Part shown: positions 18,744-28,140 of the stretch, one piece after another
How the letters are laid out: every line of letters begins with the position of its first letter
Position numbering within the stretch: position 1 is the first letter of the stretch
Source: an uncultured virus (IMG/VR IMGVR_UViG_3300007510_000003)
Lineage: Duplodnaviria > Heunggongvirae > Uroviricota > Caudoviricetes
Virus record (IMG/VR): IMGVR_UViG_3300007510_000003
Strand: one strand, 5' to 3'
DNA length: 56,163 bases
Made by a program: the position numbers and the translations under genes
Notes under the pieces: model-generated
The model's input: only the letters and a program-made list of their open reading frames with translations
What the model was told of the DNA's origin: nothing
Databases searched by the model: none

Positions 18744-19507
18744 TACTCGATGAGGTTATAGTCGGACAGGATGTCTGCGCTCTCATGAAGTCTTATACTG
18801 AAGAGGTGCCGATAATCCTGCCCCGACATCAACTACCCACCGTCGATCTCAAATTTGCCAAACAGATAAAGGTGGGGCAGCTGACCACTACAAGACATTC
18901 AGAGGCATGGTCTATGCTTAAATTCTTGTGTGGGATGAAGGGATTGATTGTTAATCCATTTGATTTGGAATATGTGAGAATAGAGGAAAACATACTTAAA
19001 ATTAGAGGAACTGACATTCAGTTTCAAAAGTGTCACATCTTTCCAGACAGTGCAATCAAAGTAGATCTGGAAGTATTGGCAACAGAGGGTCGAGATTCTT
19101 ATAAAATTATCGATTTTATGAGGTTGAAATTTTGTGATGCATCTAATTTAGTTCCCGTTTTTCCAAATGGCAGTTTTATTTCGAGGATCGAGTCCACGGG
19201 AAAGAAAGAGATTTTCTCTGTATCTTTCTTAACGAAAGAACAGTTGACAGACTTTGATTATTCTGATACAATGGTTAGGTTCATTACTCAGAAGTTGTTA
19301 ATGGAACAGGGAGGAGTACACAGACCTTTAATCCACAAGGGTGGCACAGTAAGAAGGAAGCCCAAATTGGAAGTAATGGAAAGAATGGTTGTCTCAATGG
19401 AGGAGACAGTGTATAAGAGTACCAAGAAGATAAAGTTTTATGACAGAAAGAAACGAAGCAACATTATCGAAGCATATAGCAGGCATCATTCCAGTATCGA
19501 AGGTTGA
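18734..19507 (+). CDS. Hypothetical protein, possible degenerate Rossmann-type N-terminus
   Basis: Long ORF in the operon; DEVIVGQDVCAL loosely resembles a dinucleotide-binding start. Confidence 0.6.
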   Translation: MLLILDEVIVGQDVCALMKSYTEEVPIILPRHQLPTVDLKFAKQIKVGQLTTTRHSEAWSMLKFLCGMKGLIVNPFDLEYVRIEENILKIRGTDIQFQKCHIFPDSAIKVDLEVLATEGRDSYKIIDFMRLKFCDASNLVPVFPNGSFISRIESTGKKEIFSVSFLTKEQLTDFDYSDTMVRFITQKLLMEQGGVHRPLIHKGGTVRRKPKLEVMERMVVSMEETVYKSTKKIKFYDRKKRSNIIEAYSRHHSSIEG

Positions 19508-20255
19508 TTCTGATATAGATTTAGTACTCCACCCAGGCATGTTGCCGATTGCAAATAACTTTTATGCTATACAGAGAAGTATTGTAGAGTGTTCGTATGT
19601 TGGGTGCAAGACCATATGGGTAGTTTGTGATGAGTCTATTGCACCACTCCTTAAAAGTGTTTGCGGGGATTTTGTTCTCAATCTTGCTCAACATGAGAGA
19701 GCAAAGTTTGCTAACTTCCCCCAGGAGAACAGGACATCGGTACCAATATTTTATGTACCGATATCATACAAGAACATGAACAAAGATGGGATTGGTGTTT
19801 CAGTTATGGAAGGTGTTAATGCAAGTTTCACGATCAGTGACAAGATATCTAAATGGATAGTGCCATATAGATACTACGTGTCCATGCCCTACGGAGTGTA
19901 TGACCCAAGGAACATAGAGGCTAGGGGGTTGATCAAGCAAAATGAATCTTTCTTTTATACACACAATGGGGAAAGCGCCTTAACTGGACATCATATGGGG
20001 TTTAGTTTTAGTGTAAGACAATTTAAGCACTGCTCTTACTTATTTAAAAGAATCGATGTAAAAAGTGATTATACACTTGACTTAGTTTTTGGTGATGATA
20101 TAATGAGTGACAACAGTTGCTCAATTGAACTAGATACATATAAAGATATTTCGTCGTGGGAGGGATATCAGGATATGATGAGAGATCCCCTCAAAATTGG
20201 AACAGATTGGAGATACTGTTTCAGCGCGGCAATTAAAATGAAAGGAAACAGATGA
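19440..20255 (+). CDS. Nucleotidyltransferase-like (GT-A fold) protein, degenerate
   Basis: AGIIPV...LHPGMLPIAN...GCKTIWVV resembles the NTP-transferase N-terminus but lacks the GxGTR motif. Confidence 0.55.
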   Translation: MTERNEATLSKHIAGIIPVSKVDSDIDLVLHPGMLPIANNFYAIQRSIVECSYVGCKTIWVVCDESIAPLLKSVCGDFVLNLAQHERAKFANFPQENRTSVPIFYVPISYKNMNKDGIGVSVMEGVNASFTISDKISKWIVPYRYYVSMPYGVYDPRNIEARGLIKQNESFFYTHNGESALTGHHMGFSFSVRQFKHCSYLFKRIDVKSDYTLDLVFGDDIMSDNSCSIELDTYKDISSWEGYQDMMRDPLKIGTDWRYCFSAAIKMKGNR

Positions 20256-23200
20256 GAAAGCAACCAGAGATACCATTTGTGGGACTACATGCCCACTCAG
20301 TAGCTGGGTCAATATTCGACGCACTCGGATACCCCCAGCAGCACATGGATTATGCCTACGATAACGGCATGGATGCCCTTGCTCTTACGGATCACGGTAA
20401 TGCAAACGGTCTTGCTTACCAGGTCATTCACGCGAAGAAGATGATGTCCGAAGGAAAGGAGTTCAAACCAATATTCGGTTGTGAAGCATATTTCGTGCCA
20501 AGTGTTGCAAATTGGAAAGAGGATTACGAAAAAGCAAGACAAGAGGCAAAGAATAAAAAGTCTCTTGAGTCCACGCAGTCAGGCGCCACTGTCGAGAATG
20601 AAGCATCCAAGAAGAAGATGAAGTCCATCCTTAATAGGAGGAGTCATATGATCTTGTTGGCACAAAATCAGACAGGACTTCAGAATATTTATAAGATGAT
20701 TTCCAAATCTTATTCGGGGGATTATTTTTATCGATTTCCTAGAATTGACTATGCCATGCTAAAGAAGCATAGCGAGGGTGTCATTGCAGCATCTGCCTGT
20801 CTTGGTGGGATTTATGCTGGGGACTTCTGGCAAAACAGAGATGAGGGGGAAGACGCAGTACTGGATGCTATGCGCAAGACAACGCAAAAGATGCAGTCTA
20901 TCTTTGGTGACAGGTGGTATGGAGAATTGCAGTGGAATAATATCCCAGAACAACATAAGTTAAATCAATTCATCATCCAGATGCATTATGAGTTTGGCAT
21001 TGATCTGATCTCCACAGCAGACTCTCATTACTATTCCCCAGAAGCGTGGAAAGACAGAGAGTTATATAAGAGGTTGGGATTTCTAGGTCGTAAGGTAGAG
21101 TGGTTGAGTGAAGAATTACCAATCGATGTTGAGGAGATAGGGTACGAGTTGTATCCTAAGAATGGCGACCAAATGTGGGAGAGTTATAAGAAGTATTCCG
21201 AAGAGTGTGGGGTGGAGTATAACGACAACTTGGTTCTGAACTCCATCACCAAGACACACGATATTGCTTACAACATGATTGAATCCTTCTTACCAGATAA
21301 CACAGTAAGACTCCCAGACTTTGTTGTTCCCGATGGAAAGTCAGCTGGCCAGGCGCTCGCAGTACTGTGTATCGCAGGAGCAAAGGAGAAGGGATTTGCT
21401 GACAAGACAGAGTATATTGAACGCCTCAAGTATGAGGTCAACGTAATTGAAGACAGGGGTTTTAGCAAATACTTCTTGACGATGAAGAAGATAGCAGAAG
21501 AAGCGACGAGGATGCAACTTACAGGCGCAGGAAGAGGTTCTGCTGCGGGTTCTCTGGTCGCTTATGCCTTGGGTATCACACAGATAGATCCGATCCGTTA
21601 CGGACTACAATTCGAGCGTTTTTTAACAAAAGGTGGGTCTGGATATCCTGATATCGACTATGATGTTTCTGACCCTATGGTACTCAAAGAACACCTAATT
21701 GATGAATGGGGTGACGATGTTGTTGTTCCTATCACAAACTGGAACACATTGCAGCTGCGATCACTTGTAAAAGATATCTCGAAGTTTTATAAGATTCCAT
21801 TTGCTGAAGTGAATGCGGTAACCAACAAGATGGTTTACGAGGCAACTCCTCTTGCGAAGAAGGCACATGGTATCACTGCGGGTGTTTACAGTCCAACCTT
21901 TGAAGAACTTATGCAATACTCAGAGTCGCTACAAAAGTTTTTAAATAAATATCCAGAAGTTGAGACACATGTTAATGCATTGTATGGTCAGACTCGATCA
22001 GCATCTCGTCATGCTGGAGGTGTGGTGATTGGAGAGAATTTAAATGAATGGATGCCACTCATTAACTCTGGAGGTGTTCGACAAACACCATGGTCAGAAG
22101 GTCAAAACGTTCGACACCTAGAGACGATGGGGTTTATCAAGTTTGATATCTTGGGTCTCGCCTCGTTGCGTATGATTGAAGATGCAATCAGGCATATACT
22201 AGTTAGGTATGAGGGTGTTAGTGATCCTACGTTTGAGGACATTAAGACTTTCTATGAAACTAAGTTACATCCAGAGAAGATTAATTTGGATGACGAGGAG
22301 GTTTGGAAGAATGTCTTTCATGAGGGAAAATGGGCAGGAATATTCCAATTTACAGAGAATGGGGCACAGGACTTCTGCAAGAATGGTCGCCCGAATAATA
22401 TTACGGACCTTGCCGCCATTACTTCTATTTATCGCCCTGGACCGCTGTCTGCGGGTGTGGATAAGATGTACATCGGCGCTAAAGAAAATCCTGAAGAGGT
22501 AGAGTATCTCAATCAATATGTAAGAGATGTCACCGAAGAGACCTATGGGTTCCTGATTTTTCAGGAGCAGATTGCTATGCTTGCTCACAAATTGGGCAAG
22601 AACTTGTCACTCGATGAGGGTAATAAGTTGCGCAAGTTGCTCACAAAGAAAGGTACAGGCGCCCCACAGGTAGAGATGGATAAGATCTACGATAAGTTTA
22701 GGCGAGGTTGCCTAGAGAAAGGAATGAAACAACATGAAGCGAAGGAGTTGTGGGACAAGTTCAAGTATTTTTCTGGTTACGGTTTTAATAAATCTCATGC
22801 TGTCTCCTATTGCGTGCTTTCTTTTCAATGTGCTTATCTTCTTAATTATTATCCAGAGTGCTGGTTAGCTGCCTTCTTGGACAAGGAACCTGATAAGCGC
22901 AAGGAGCGCGCAATCAACGTTGCAAAATCTTATGGGTATAAGATTGAACCACTTAATGTGAATACTTCTGGTGTCAGGTGGGAGATCAGTGAAGATGGCA
23001 AGACATTGATTCAACCACTCTCTTCCATAAAGGGATTGGGTATGACCGCTATTCAGCAGATAATAGACAACAGACCCTTCAATAAGATTGAGGAGTTCCT
23101 GTTCAATGATAATATTATCTATTCAAAATTAAACAAGAAGGCGGTCTCTGCACTCTGTTTGAGTCAGGCACTGAACTGTTTGATGGATGAGAGGTTTTCG

Positions 23201-23674
23201 GGAATGAAACACTTCTGGTCTGCAGTTGCAGTTGAGCGCCCACGCAAAGAGAAAAACCTAGAAGACAACATTGAGAAGTTTGAACCAGAGGGGGACTTCA
23301 CAGATGAGGAGAAGTTACAGTATCTAGTGGATCTAGTTGGGATCTTTCCCATGAGCACGGTCATGAATGAGCAGCTGCAGAGCAAGATAGACGAGTTGAT
23401 GATACCACCCATTTCAGAGTTCGATGCGGAACTCCAGGTTTGTTGGTTTATTCCAAGAGAAGTCTTGCAAAAGAAAACAAAAAATGGTAAATTGTTTTAT
23501 GTAGTTAAGGTGATCGATTCCAACTCTGAGGAGAATACAATCAAGTGTTGGGGTGTCGACCCAAACAAGGATAAGGTTTATGTGAACAGACCCTACATGG
23601 CACGCCTTCACTGGGATGCACAGTGGGGTTTCAGCACTAGATCAGTTAGAAAAACTTTTAGAATGTTAGCATAG
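20252..23674 (+). CDS. dnaE: DNA polymerase III alpha subunit (family C)
   Basis: PHP domain LHAHS, LTDHG, GCEAY, TADSHY; GRGSAAGSLVAY; PDIDYD; HAGGVVI; KFDILGL; GYGFNKSHA. Confidence 0.97.
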   Translation: MRKQPEIPFVGLHAHSVAGSIFDALGYPQQHMDYAYDNGMDALALTDHGNANGLAYQVIHAKKMMSEGKEFKPIFGCEAYFVPSVANWKEDYEKARQEAKNKKSLESTQSGATVENEASKKKMKSILNRRSHMILLAQNQTGLQNIYKMISKSYSGDYFYRFPRIDYAMLKKHSEGVIAASACLGGIYAGDFWQNRDEGEDAVLDAMRKTTQKMQSIFGDRWYGELQWNNIPEQHKLNQFIIQMHYEFGIDLISTADSHYYSPEAWKDRELYKRLGFLGRKVEWLSEELPIDVEEIGYELYPKNGDQMWESYKKYSEECGVEYNDNLVLNSITKTHDIAYNMIESFLPDNTVRLPDFVVPDGKSAGQALAVLCIAGAKEKGFADKTEYIERLKYEVNVIEDRGFSKYFLTMKKIAEEATRMQLTGAGRGSAAGSLVAYALGITQIDPIRYGLQFERFLTKGGSGYPDIDYDVSDPMVLKEHLIDEWGDDVVVPITNWNTLQLRSLVKDISKFYKIPFAEVNAVTNKMVYEATPLAKKAHGITAGVYSPTFEELMQYSESLQKFLNKYPEVETHVNALYGQTRSASRHAGGVVIGENLNEWMPLINSGGVRQTPWSEGQNVRHLETMGFIKFDILGLASLRMIEDAIRHILVRYEGVSDPTFEDIKTFYETKLHPEKINLDDEEVWKNVFHEGKWAGIFQFTENGAQDFCKNGRPNNITDLAAITSIYRPGPLSAGVDKMYIGAKENPEEVEYLNQYVRDVTEETYGFLIFQEQIAMLAHKLGKNLSLDEGNKLRKLLTKKGTGAPQVEMDKIYDKFRRGCLEKGMKQHEAKELWDKFKYFSGYGFNKSHAVSYCVLSFQCAYLLNYYPECWLAAFLDKEPDKRKERAINVAKSYGYKIEPLNVNTSGVRWEISEDGKTLIQPLSSIKGLGMTAIQQIIDNRPFNKIEEFLFNDNIIYSKLNKKAVSALCLSQALNCLMDERFSGMKHFWSAVAVERPRKEKNLEDNIEKFEPEGDFTDEEKLQYLVDLVGIFPMSTVMNEQLQSKIDELMIPPISEFDAELQVCWFIPREVLQKKTKNGKLFYVVKVIDSNSEENTIKCWGVDPNKDKVYVNRPYMARLHWDAQWGFSTRSVRKTFRMLA

Positions 23675-23685
23675 GAGGAAACACA

Positions 23686-24336
23686 ATGGCTAAATTAACA
23701 GGATTCGCTGCCAAGATGATGGCAGACCAATACAAACAGGCATTAACCAGTAAAGGTTATGCATTTTTTGAGAACGGAGACCTCAACTTGAACATCATTG
23801 GAGTTCGTAACGACTCTGGTGACGCATCAAAGTTTGATGACTCAATTAACGTTATCTATAAAGTGGACGGAGAGTGGGTGGCGGATGTATACCCAGTAAC
23901 TACCGAACCAGGTACTTCTATTTTGAGATGGCCATTAAAGGCAGTAGCGCACAAGGGTACTGCAATTTTGGTTCCTGGGCAATACAGGAGCACTTACAAG
24001 ATCGACTGGCATGGTAATAGTCAAAAGGGGCATACCGCACTATGTCAAAGAGGCGGTAAGGTGAGCGTATGGAGAGACAACAACAGAGATACAACTCCAG
24101 ACTATCACGGACCAGAAGACGAGGGTTGGTACGGTATTAACATTCATAAGCACCGTGGTTCGGATGCACGAGTTAACACTGGCGGTGTATCAGCAGGTTG
24201 TCAAGTGTTCCAAAGTAGTGTGGACTTTGCAGAGTTTATGGAGACATGCGAGGACGCATCTGATAAGTATGGAAACAAATTTACTTATACACTCTTAGAG
24301 GAGAGGGACTTGAGTGGAGGCACCTGCGAAGCATGA
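23686..24336 (+). CDS. Putative cell-wall peptidase with L,D-transpeptidase (YkuD)-like catalytic motif
   Basis: GINIH...SAGCQV His/Cys motif; TTEPG and GTAILVPGQY. Confidence 0.6.
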   Translation: MAKLTGFAAKMMADQYKQALTSKGYAFFENGDLNLNIIGVRNDSGDASKFDDSINVIYKVDGEWVADVYPVTTEPGTSILRWPLKAVAHKGTAILVPGQYRSTYKIDWHGNSQKGHTALCQRGGKVSVWRDNNRDTTPDYHGPEDEGWYGINIHKHRGSDARVNTGGVSAGCQVFQSSVDFAEFMETCEDASDKYGNKFTYTLLEERDLSGGTCEA

Positions 24337-24716
24337 CAGAAAAGAAGAGAACTATATTTTGTGATATTGATGGCACCATCTTTAAATATCGTAAGTTTGA
24401 AGAACTGAAGACGACAAAACCAGAACTTACACCTGGCGCGTTGGAAAAATTAAAGACTTGGAAGAGGGAAGGGTGCATGATTATCTTCACTACTGCAAGA
24501 CCTGAAGAATACAGAAACCATACAGTAAAGGAGTTGTTGTTGAATGATGTCCCGTGGGATAAGTTGATCATGGGCATTGAACGCGGCGCAAGATATTTGA
24601 TAAATGATATGGACCCCAGTAAACCTCGTTATGCTAGATCCATAGCGTTCAGCATCAGAAGGGATGAGGGGTTGAAGAGAGTGGTGGTAGGACCATCTGA
24701 GGAGATTTTGAGATGA
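24333..24716 (+). CDS. HAD-superfamily phosphatase
   Basis: IFCDIDGTI motif I, FTTAR motif II, LIND motif IV. Confidence 0.85.
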   Translation: MTEKKRTIFCDIDGTIFKYRKFEELKTTKPELTPGALEKLKTWKREGCMIIFTTARPEEYRNHTVKELLLNDVPWDKLIMGIERGARYLINDMDPSKPRYARSIAFSIRRDEGLKRVVVGPSEEILR

Positions 24717-25165
24717 AAGAATTTGTTAGAGTTTACAAGACAAGACCAACGGCACAGGTTCCAGTGCGCGCACACAAGACTGACGCAGGAATGGACTTCT
24801 TCTTCTGTCCAATGGACAATGCAATACAACGATTGAAACCAGGTAAGAGTTGTCTGTTGGAGACTGGCGTGAAGGTGGAGGTACCACCAGGGTGTATGCT
24901 TCAGATCATGAACAAGTCGGGCATCGCTACAAAGACACAGTTGATCACGGGTGCTTGCGTCGTGGACGAAGGGTATGATGGAGAGATCTTCGTAAACCTC
25001 CAGAACATAGGTAAGGACATTCAATATATCGAACCTGGTCAAAAAATCGCCCAGGGAGTTTTTGTGAGAATTGAAAAACCAGAACTATGGGAGATCGAGG
25101 AGGATAGTGTCTATGGAAGTAAGACATCAAGAGGTGGTGGCGGTTTCGGGTCTACGGGCGTATGA
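24713..25165 (+). CDS. dut: Trimeric dUTPase
   Basis: DAGMDF, KSGIA, VVDEGYDGEI, KIAQ, RGGGGFGSTG. Confidence 0.95.
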   Translation: MKEFVRVYKTRPTAQVPVRAHKTDAGMDFFFCPMDNAIQRLKPGKSCLLETGVKVEVPPGCMLQIMNKSGIATKTQLITGACVVDEGYDGEIFVNLQNIGKDIQYIEPGQKIAQGVFVRIEKPELWEIEEDSVYGSKTSRGGGGFGSTGV

Positions 25166-25434
25166 GTGCTACAAGAAAACTAAAGAGAGCGAGAAAGAAG
25201 CAAGCAGAAAAAGATATGCAAGTGAAAGTTGGATTATTTGACAAATTACCAGATCATTGCTTGACTTGTCTCGCTCCCTATGATAGGATGAATAAAGAAC
25301 AAGTAAGAACGTGGAATGTTGTGGTCAGGGAGAAAGAGGGTCGAGTAAACCTTTATTGTCCAGATTGCTGGTCCAAGGCAACGAATCTCCTTGATGAGAT
25401 AGGAAAAGAATTAAATGAAAAGACAAACACATAG
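25162..25434 (+). CDS. Small zinc-ribbon protein
   Basis: CLTC...CPDC. Confidence 0.65.
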   Translation: MSATRKLKRARKKQAEKDMQVKVGLFDKLPDHCLTCLAPYDRMNKEQVRTWNVVVREKEGRVNLYCPDCWSKATNLLDEIGKELNEKTNT

Positions 25435-26410
25435 TTTTGATGACGTTTTATTAGTGCCTCAATTTAGCGACGTGGAGTCGAGATCGGAAATTGACCTCAC
25501 CCGCCAGCTGGGGAATAGGACGTATTACTTGCCAATCATATCAAGTCCGATGGATACGGTAACTGGGTTGCGAATGGCAAGCACCTTTGGAGAGTTGGGC
25601 GCCCTTGCAATAACACACAGATATTGCACTAAAGAAGAGCAAATTCAGATGACCCCTTCTAACGCGGCCGCCGCCATTGGTGTTTCTGGTGATTTCATGG
25701 ATAGGGTCAAGTCTCTTAATGATGTGGGTGTTTCGACTTTCTGTTTAGACGTCGCCCACGGACATCACGTTTTGGTTGAGAGGGCCCTGAAAACAATTAA
25801 AGATAAGTATGGTGAGGAAGTTAATGTCATCGCTGGTAACGTCGCCACACCGAAGGCATACGTTGCCCTCTCGGAGTGGGGCGCAGATGCAGTAAGGATT
25901 GGAATTGGTGGTGGATCAATCTGCTCAACCAGGGTCCAGACTGGTCATGGTGTCCCAACTTTTGAATCGGTGTTGACTTGTAGTTATGAGGACGGCGCAG
26001 TGATTATTGCTGACGGCGGCATAAAGACTGCAGGCGATATAGTCAAGGCTCTTGCTGCAGGAGCAGACTTTGTGATGCTGGGGTCAATGTTAGCTGGCAC
26101 AGACGAAAGTCCTGGAGAGACCTTTCAGAGTACTGATGGTAGTAAATATAAGGTCTATAGGGGAATGGCATCAGTGGAAGCACAGCAGGATTGGCGCGGA
26201 TCTGCCAGGTCTCTTGAGGGTATTTCCACTACGATTCCATATAAGGGGTCGGTTGTGGGGATAGTTGAAAGTTTAACGCAGAATGTAAGATCAGGTCTTT
26301 CGTACTCTGGAGCAAGGAACATAACCCAACTTCAGGCCAAGGCAGAGTTTATTATTCAGTCGAATGCTTCTCAGATAGAGAGCAGTACACATATACTTAG
26401 GAGGAACTAG
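25415..26410 (+). CDS. IMPDH/GMP reductase family enzyme lacking CBS domains
   Basis: [50 protein letters not shown]. Confidence 0.92.
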   Translation: MKRQTHSFDDVLLVPQFSDVESRSEIDLTRQLGNRTYYLPIISSPMDTVTGLRMASTFGELGALAITHRYCTKEEQIQMTPSNAAAAIGVSGDFMDRVKSLNDVGVSTFCLDVAHGHHVLVERALKTIKDKYGEEVNVIAGNVATPKAYVALSEWGADAVRIGIGGGSICSTRVQTGHGVPTFESVLTCSYEDGAVIIADGGIKTAGDIVKALAAGADFVMLGSMLAGTDESPGETFQSTDGSKYKVYRGMASVEAQQDWRGSARSLEGISTTIPYKGSVVGIVESLTQNVRSGLSYSGARNITQLQAKAEFIIQSNASQIESSTHILRRN

Positions 26411-26411
26411 T

Positions 26412-26555
26412 GTGGACGAAGTTTGTACGATCGAACATAATTGGGATCTGGTAGCTACCGCAATAGGTACTTCGCTGATCTTCGCGGCAATAGTTGCTAC
26501 GCTCTTTTGTTTGCAAGACTTTATTCGATACATTAGGGAGAGGTATTTCGATTGA
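26412..26555 (+). CDS. Small membrane protein
   Basis: GTG start after AGGAGG; 47 aa with one TM segment; fills the gap. Confidence 0.5.
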   Translation: MDEVCTIEHNWDLVATAIGTSLIFAAIVATLFCLQDFIRYIRERYFD

Positions 26556-26809
26556 GATATTTGTTGTTGATAGTGGTACTTGGTTGTGGTGACAATTCCA
26601 CAGTAGAGGAACCAGTTACTAGATCTCTCGGTATACAGGTTTGTTACAACCCGTCTTCCGTATGGCATCTATCGGAGTGCAACGCGAATTGTACTTTGAG
26701 GGACTATACGGGAACGGCTATGTGCTTTGCGATAAGCGAAACAATCTGTCAAAACCCTGACCAGGAGCATGTCAGGAGAGCGTGTGGGTTATATCGTGGG
26801 TTATTATAG
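26552..26809 (+). CDS. Small Cys-rich lipoprotein
   Basis: MRYLLLIVVLGC lipobox; six further Cys. Confidence 0.65.
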   Translation: MRYLLLIVVLGCGDNSTVEEPVTRSLGIQVCYNPSSVWHLSECNANCTLRDYTGTAMCFAISETICQNPDQEHVRRACGLYRGLL

Positions 26810-27134
26810 GTACGGACAGGAAGAAAAAAAGATAACTTTCGCAGACACAGACAAGAGGCATGCGGAGTTGAGACTTAAGTTAAGGAGGGATGGCATAAGT
26901 CAGGTCGACTTCTTTAAGTCTATGGTTACAGGGTACATCAACAATGATCCAAACATTTTGATGTACATTACAAAAGTAAAACAGGAGAAGAACAAAATTG
27001 GAAAAAAGAAAATTGAGAGACAAAACAAAGACATTGAACAAGGCAATCAAACCCTGCGAGATCTGGGAATCACCGATCAGGATATTGACTTTGTCTTTGA
27101 TTTGATTGAAAGAGGAGAAGATGACGCCGAATGA
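26769..27134 (+). CDS. Putative ribbon-helix-helix DNA-binding protein
   Basis: KKITF beta strand followed by HAELRLKL and ISQVDFFKSMVTGYI helices. Confidence 0.5.
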   Translation: MSGERVGYIVGYYRYGQEEKKITFADTDKRHAELRLKLRRDGISQVDFFKSMVTGYINNDPNILMYITKVKQEKNKIGKKKIERQNKDIEQGNQTLRDLGITDQDIDFVFDLIERGEDDAE

Positions 27135-27421
27135 GTTGTTTACCAGAATGCGCCAAGAAATGCAAGCTATCGGAGATTGGATGCCCCAACACCGACTGCA
27201 GACAATGGATAGACTACGAACAGGAGAACAACTGTTGTTTGATTTCGATAGAAGAAAAGGGCAAGGACGGATCCGACAAGGGTTTGACTCTGCATGAGTG
27301 TGCAGAACGACTGCAGATAAACTATTTAAAGGTGAGGCAGATAGAAATTAATGCACTAAGGAAACTATCTAACAAGAAAGAGACGCAGGATTTACTGGAG
27401 GATTTGAAGGATGAATTTTAA
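27131..27421 (+). CDS. Stand-alone sigma70 region 4 HTH protein with Cys-rich N-terminus
   Basis: LTLHECAERLQINYLKVRQIEINALRKL matches the sigma region 4.2 pattern (T..E....L....ERVRQIE..AL.KL). Confidence 0.8.
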   Translation: MSCLPECAKKCKLSEIGCPNTDCRQWIDYEQENNCCLISIEEKGKDGSDKGLTLHECAERLQINYLKVRQIEINALRKLSNKKETQDLLEDLKDEF

Positions 27422-27492
27422 TCTCCTTTTTGTAAGTTTCGACTCTATTTATTAATGTTAACAAAAAACACTATTTTCATAAGGAGAATGAC

Positions 27493-28092
27493 ATGTCAAA
27501 TGAAAACAAGAAAGCACTCTTAAACGAGGCAACAACCAAGAGGTTCTGGAAACTAGCAGGACTTAAACCAATTCACGAAAAGGCATTTGTCTTTGGTGAG
27601 GAAGAAGAGATCGAAGAGGCAACGGAAGAACTAGAGGAAGAGACCGTTGAAGAAGAGATCGAAGAGGCAACGGAAGAACTAGAGGAAGAGACCGTTGAAG
27701 AGGGTGGACTAGACTATGCAGCTGAGGATGATATGGCTGCTGAAGAACCAGCACCAGAAGATCCAGGACTCGAAGACGATTTAGGTGCTGAAGAAGGTCC
27801 AGAAGAAGGACAGGATGTTGAGGTTGATATCCCAGAAGGTGATGTTGCTTCTTTACAGACTGCTCGCGATATTCTCGACCAGATTTTGTCTGCAGTAGGT
27901 GGCGCTGAAGAGGGATTGGGCGATGAAGAAGAGCCTGCTCTTGATGAACCAGCAGCTGAAGAGGAACCACTCGACGACGAAGAGGCACCACTTCAGGAAG
28001 TAGATCAGGAAGAACTCGAAGAGATCGCAGAGCGCATCGCAAGCAGAGTTGCAAAGCGAATCTCTGAATCACTTGTTAAAAAAAGCAAGTAA
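27493..28092 (+). CDS. Highly acidic protein, possibly head-internal or scaffold-like
   Basis: Glu/Asp-rich low complexity; N-terminal LLNEATTKRFWKLAGL; AAGGAG RBS. Confidence 0.7.
   Translation: MSNENKKALLNEATTKRFWKLAGLKPIHEKAFVFGEEEEIEEATEELEEETVEEEIEEATEELEEETVEEGGLDYAAEDDMAAEEPAPEDPGLEDDLGAEEGPEEGQDVEVDIPEGDVASLQTARDILDQILSAVGGAEEGLGDEEEPALDEPAAEEEPLDDEEAPLQEVDQEELEEIAERIASRVAKRISESLVKKSK
27601..27696 (+). repeat. Perfect in-frame tandem duplication, 2 x 48 bp
   Basis: GAAGAAGAGATCGAAGAGGCAACGGAAGAACTAGAGGAAGAGACCGTT occurs at 27601 and 27649. Confidence 0.95.
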
Positions 28093-28105
28093 TCTGATTT
28101 TTGAC

Positions 28106-28134
28106 TTGACCCCACCATAAGGACTTGGTACTAT
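28106..28134 (+). promoter_or_regulatory. Sigma70-type promoter, probably giving a leaderless mRNA
   Basis: TTGACC-17 nt-TACTAT; ATG 28141 follows 6 nt after the -10 with no RBS. Confidence 0.6.
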
Positions 28135-28140
28135 AAGACC

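Noticed and set aside
11577..23674. Inteins or introns in nrdJ or dnaE
   Set aside because: Both ORFs are uninterrupted, of ordinary length, and show no intein terminal motifs or homing endonuclease inserts.
24333..24716. HAD protein as the 3'-phosphatase partner of the RNA ligase
   Set aside because: It lies 22 kb away among nucleotide-metabolism genes, with no kinase domain; the link is unsupported.
27563..28072. 169-aa minus-strand Leu/Pro-rich ORF with a repeat
   Set aside because: Shadow of the low-complexity Glu-rich gene and its 48-bp duplication.
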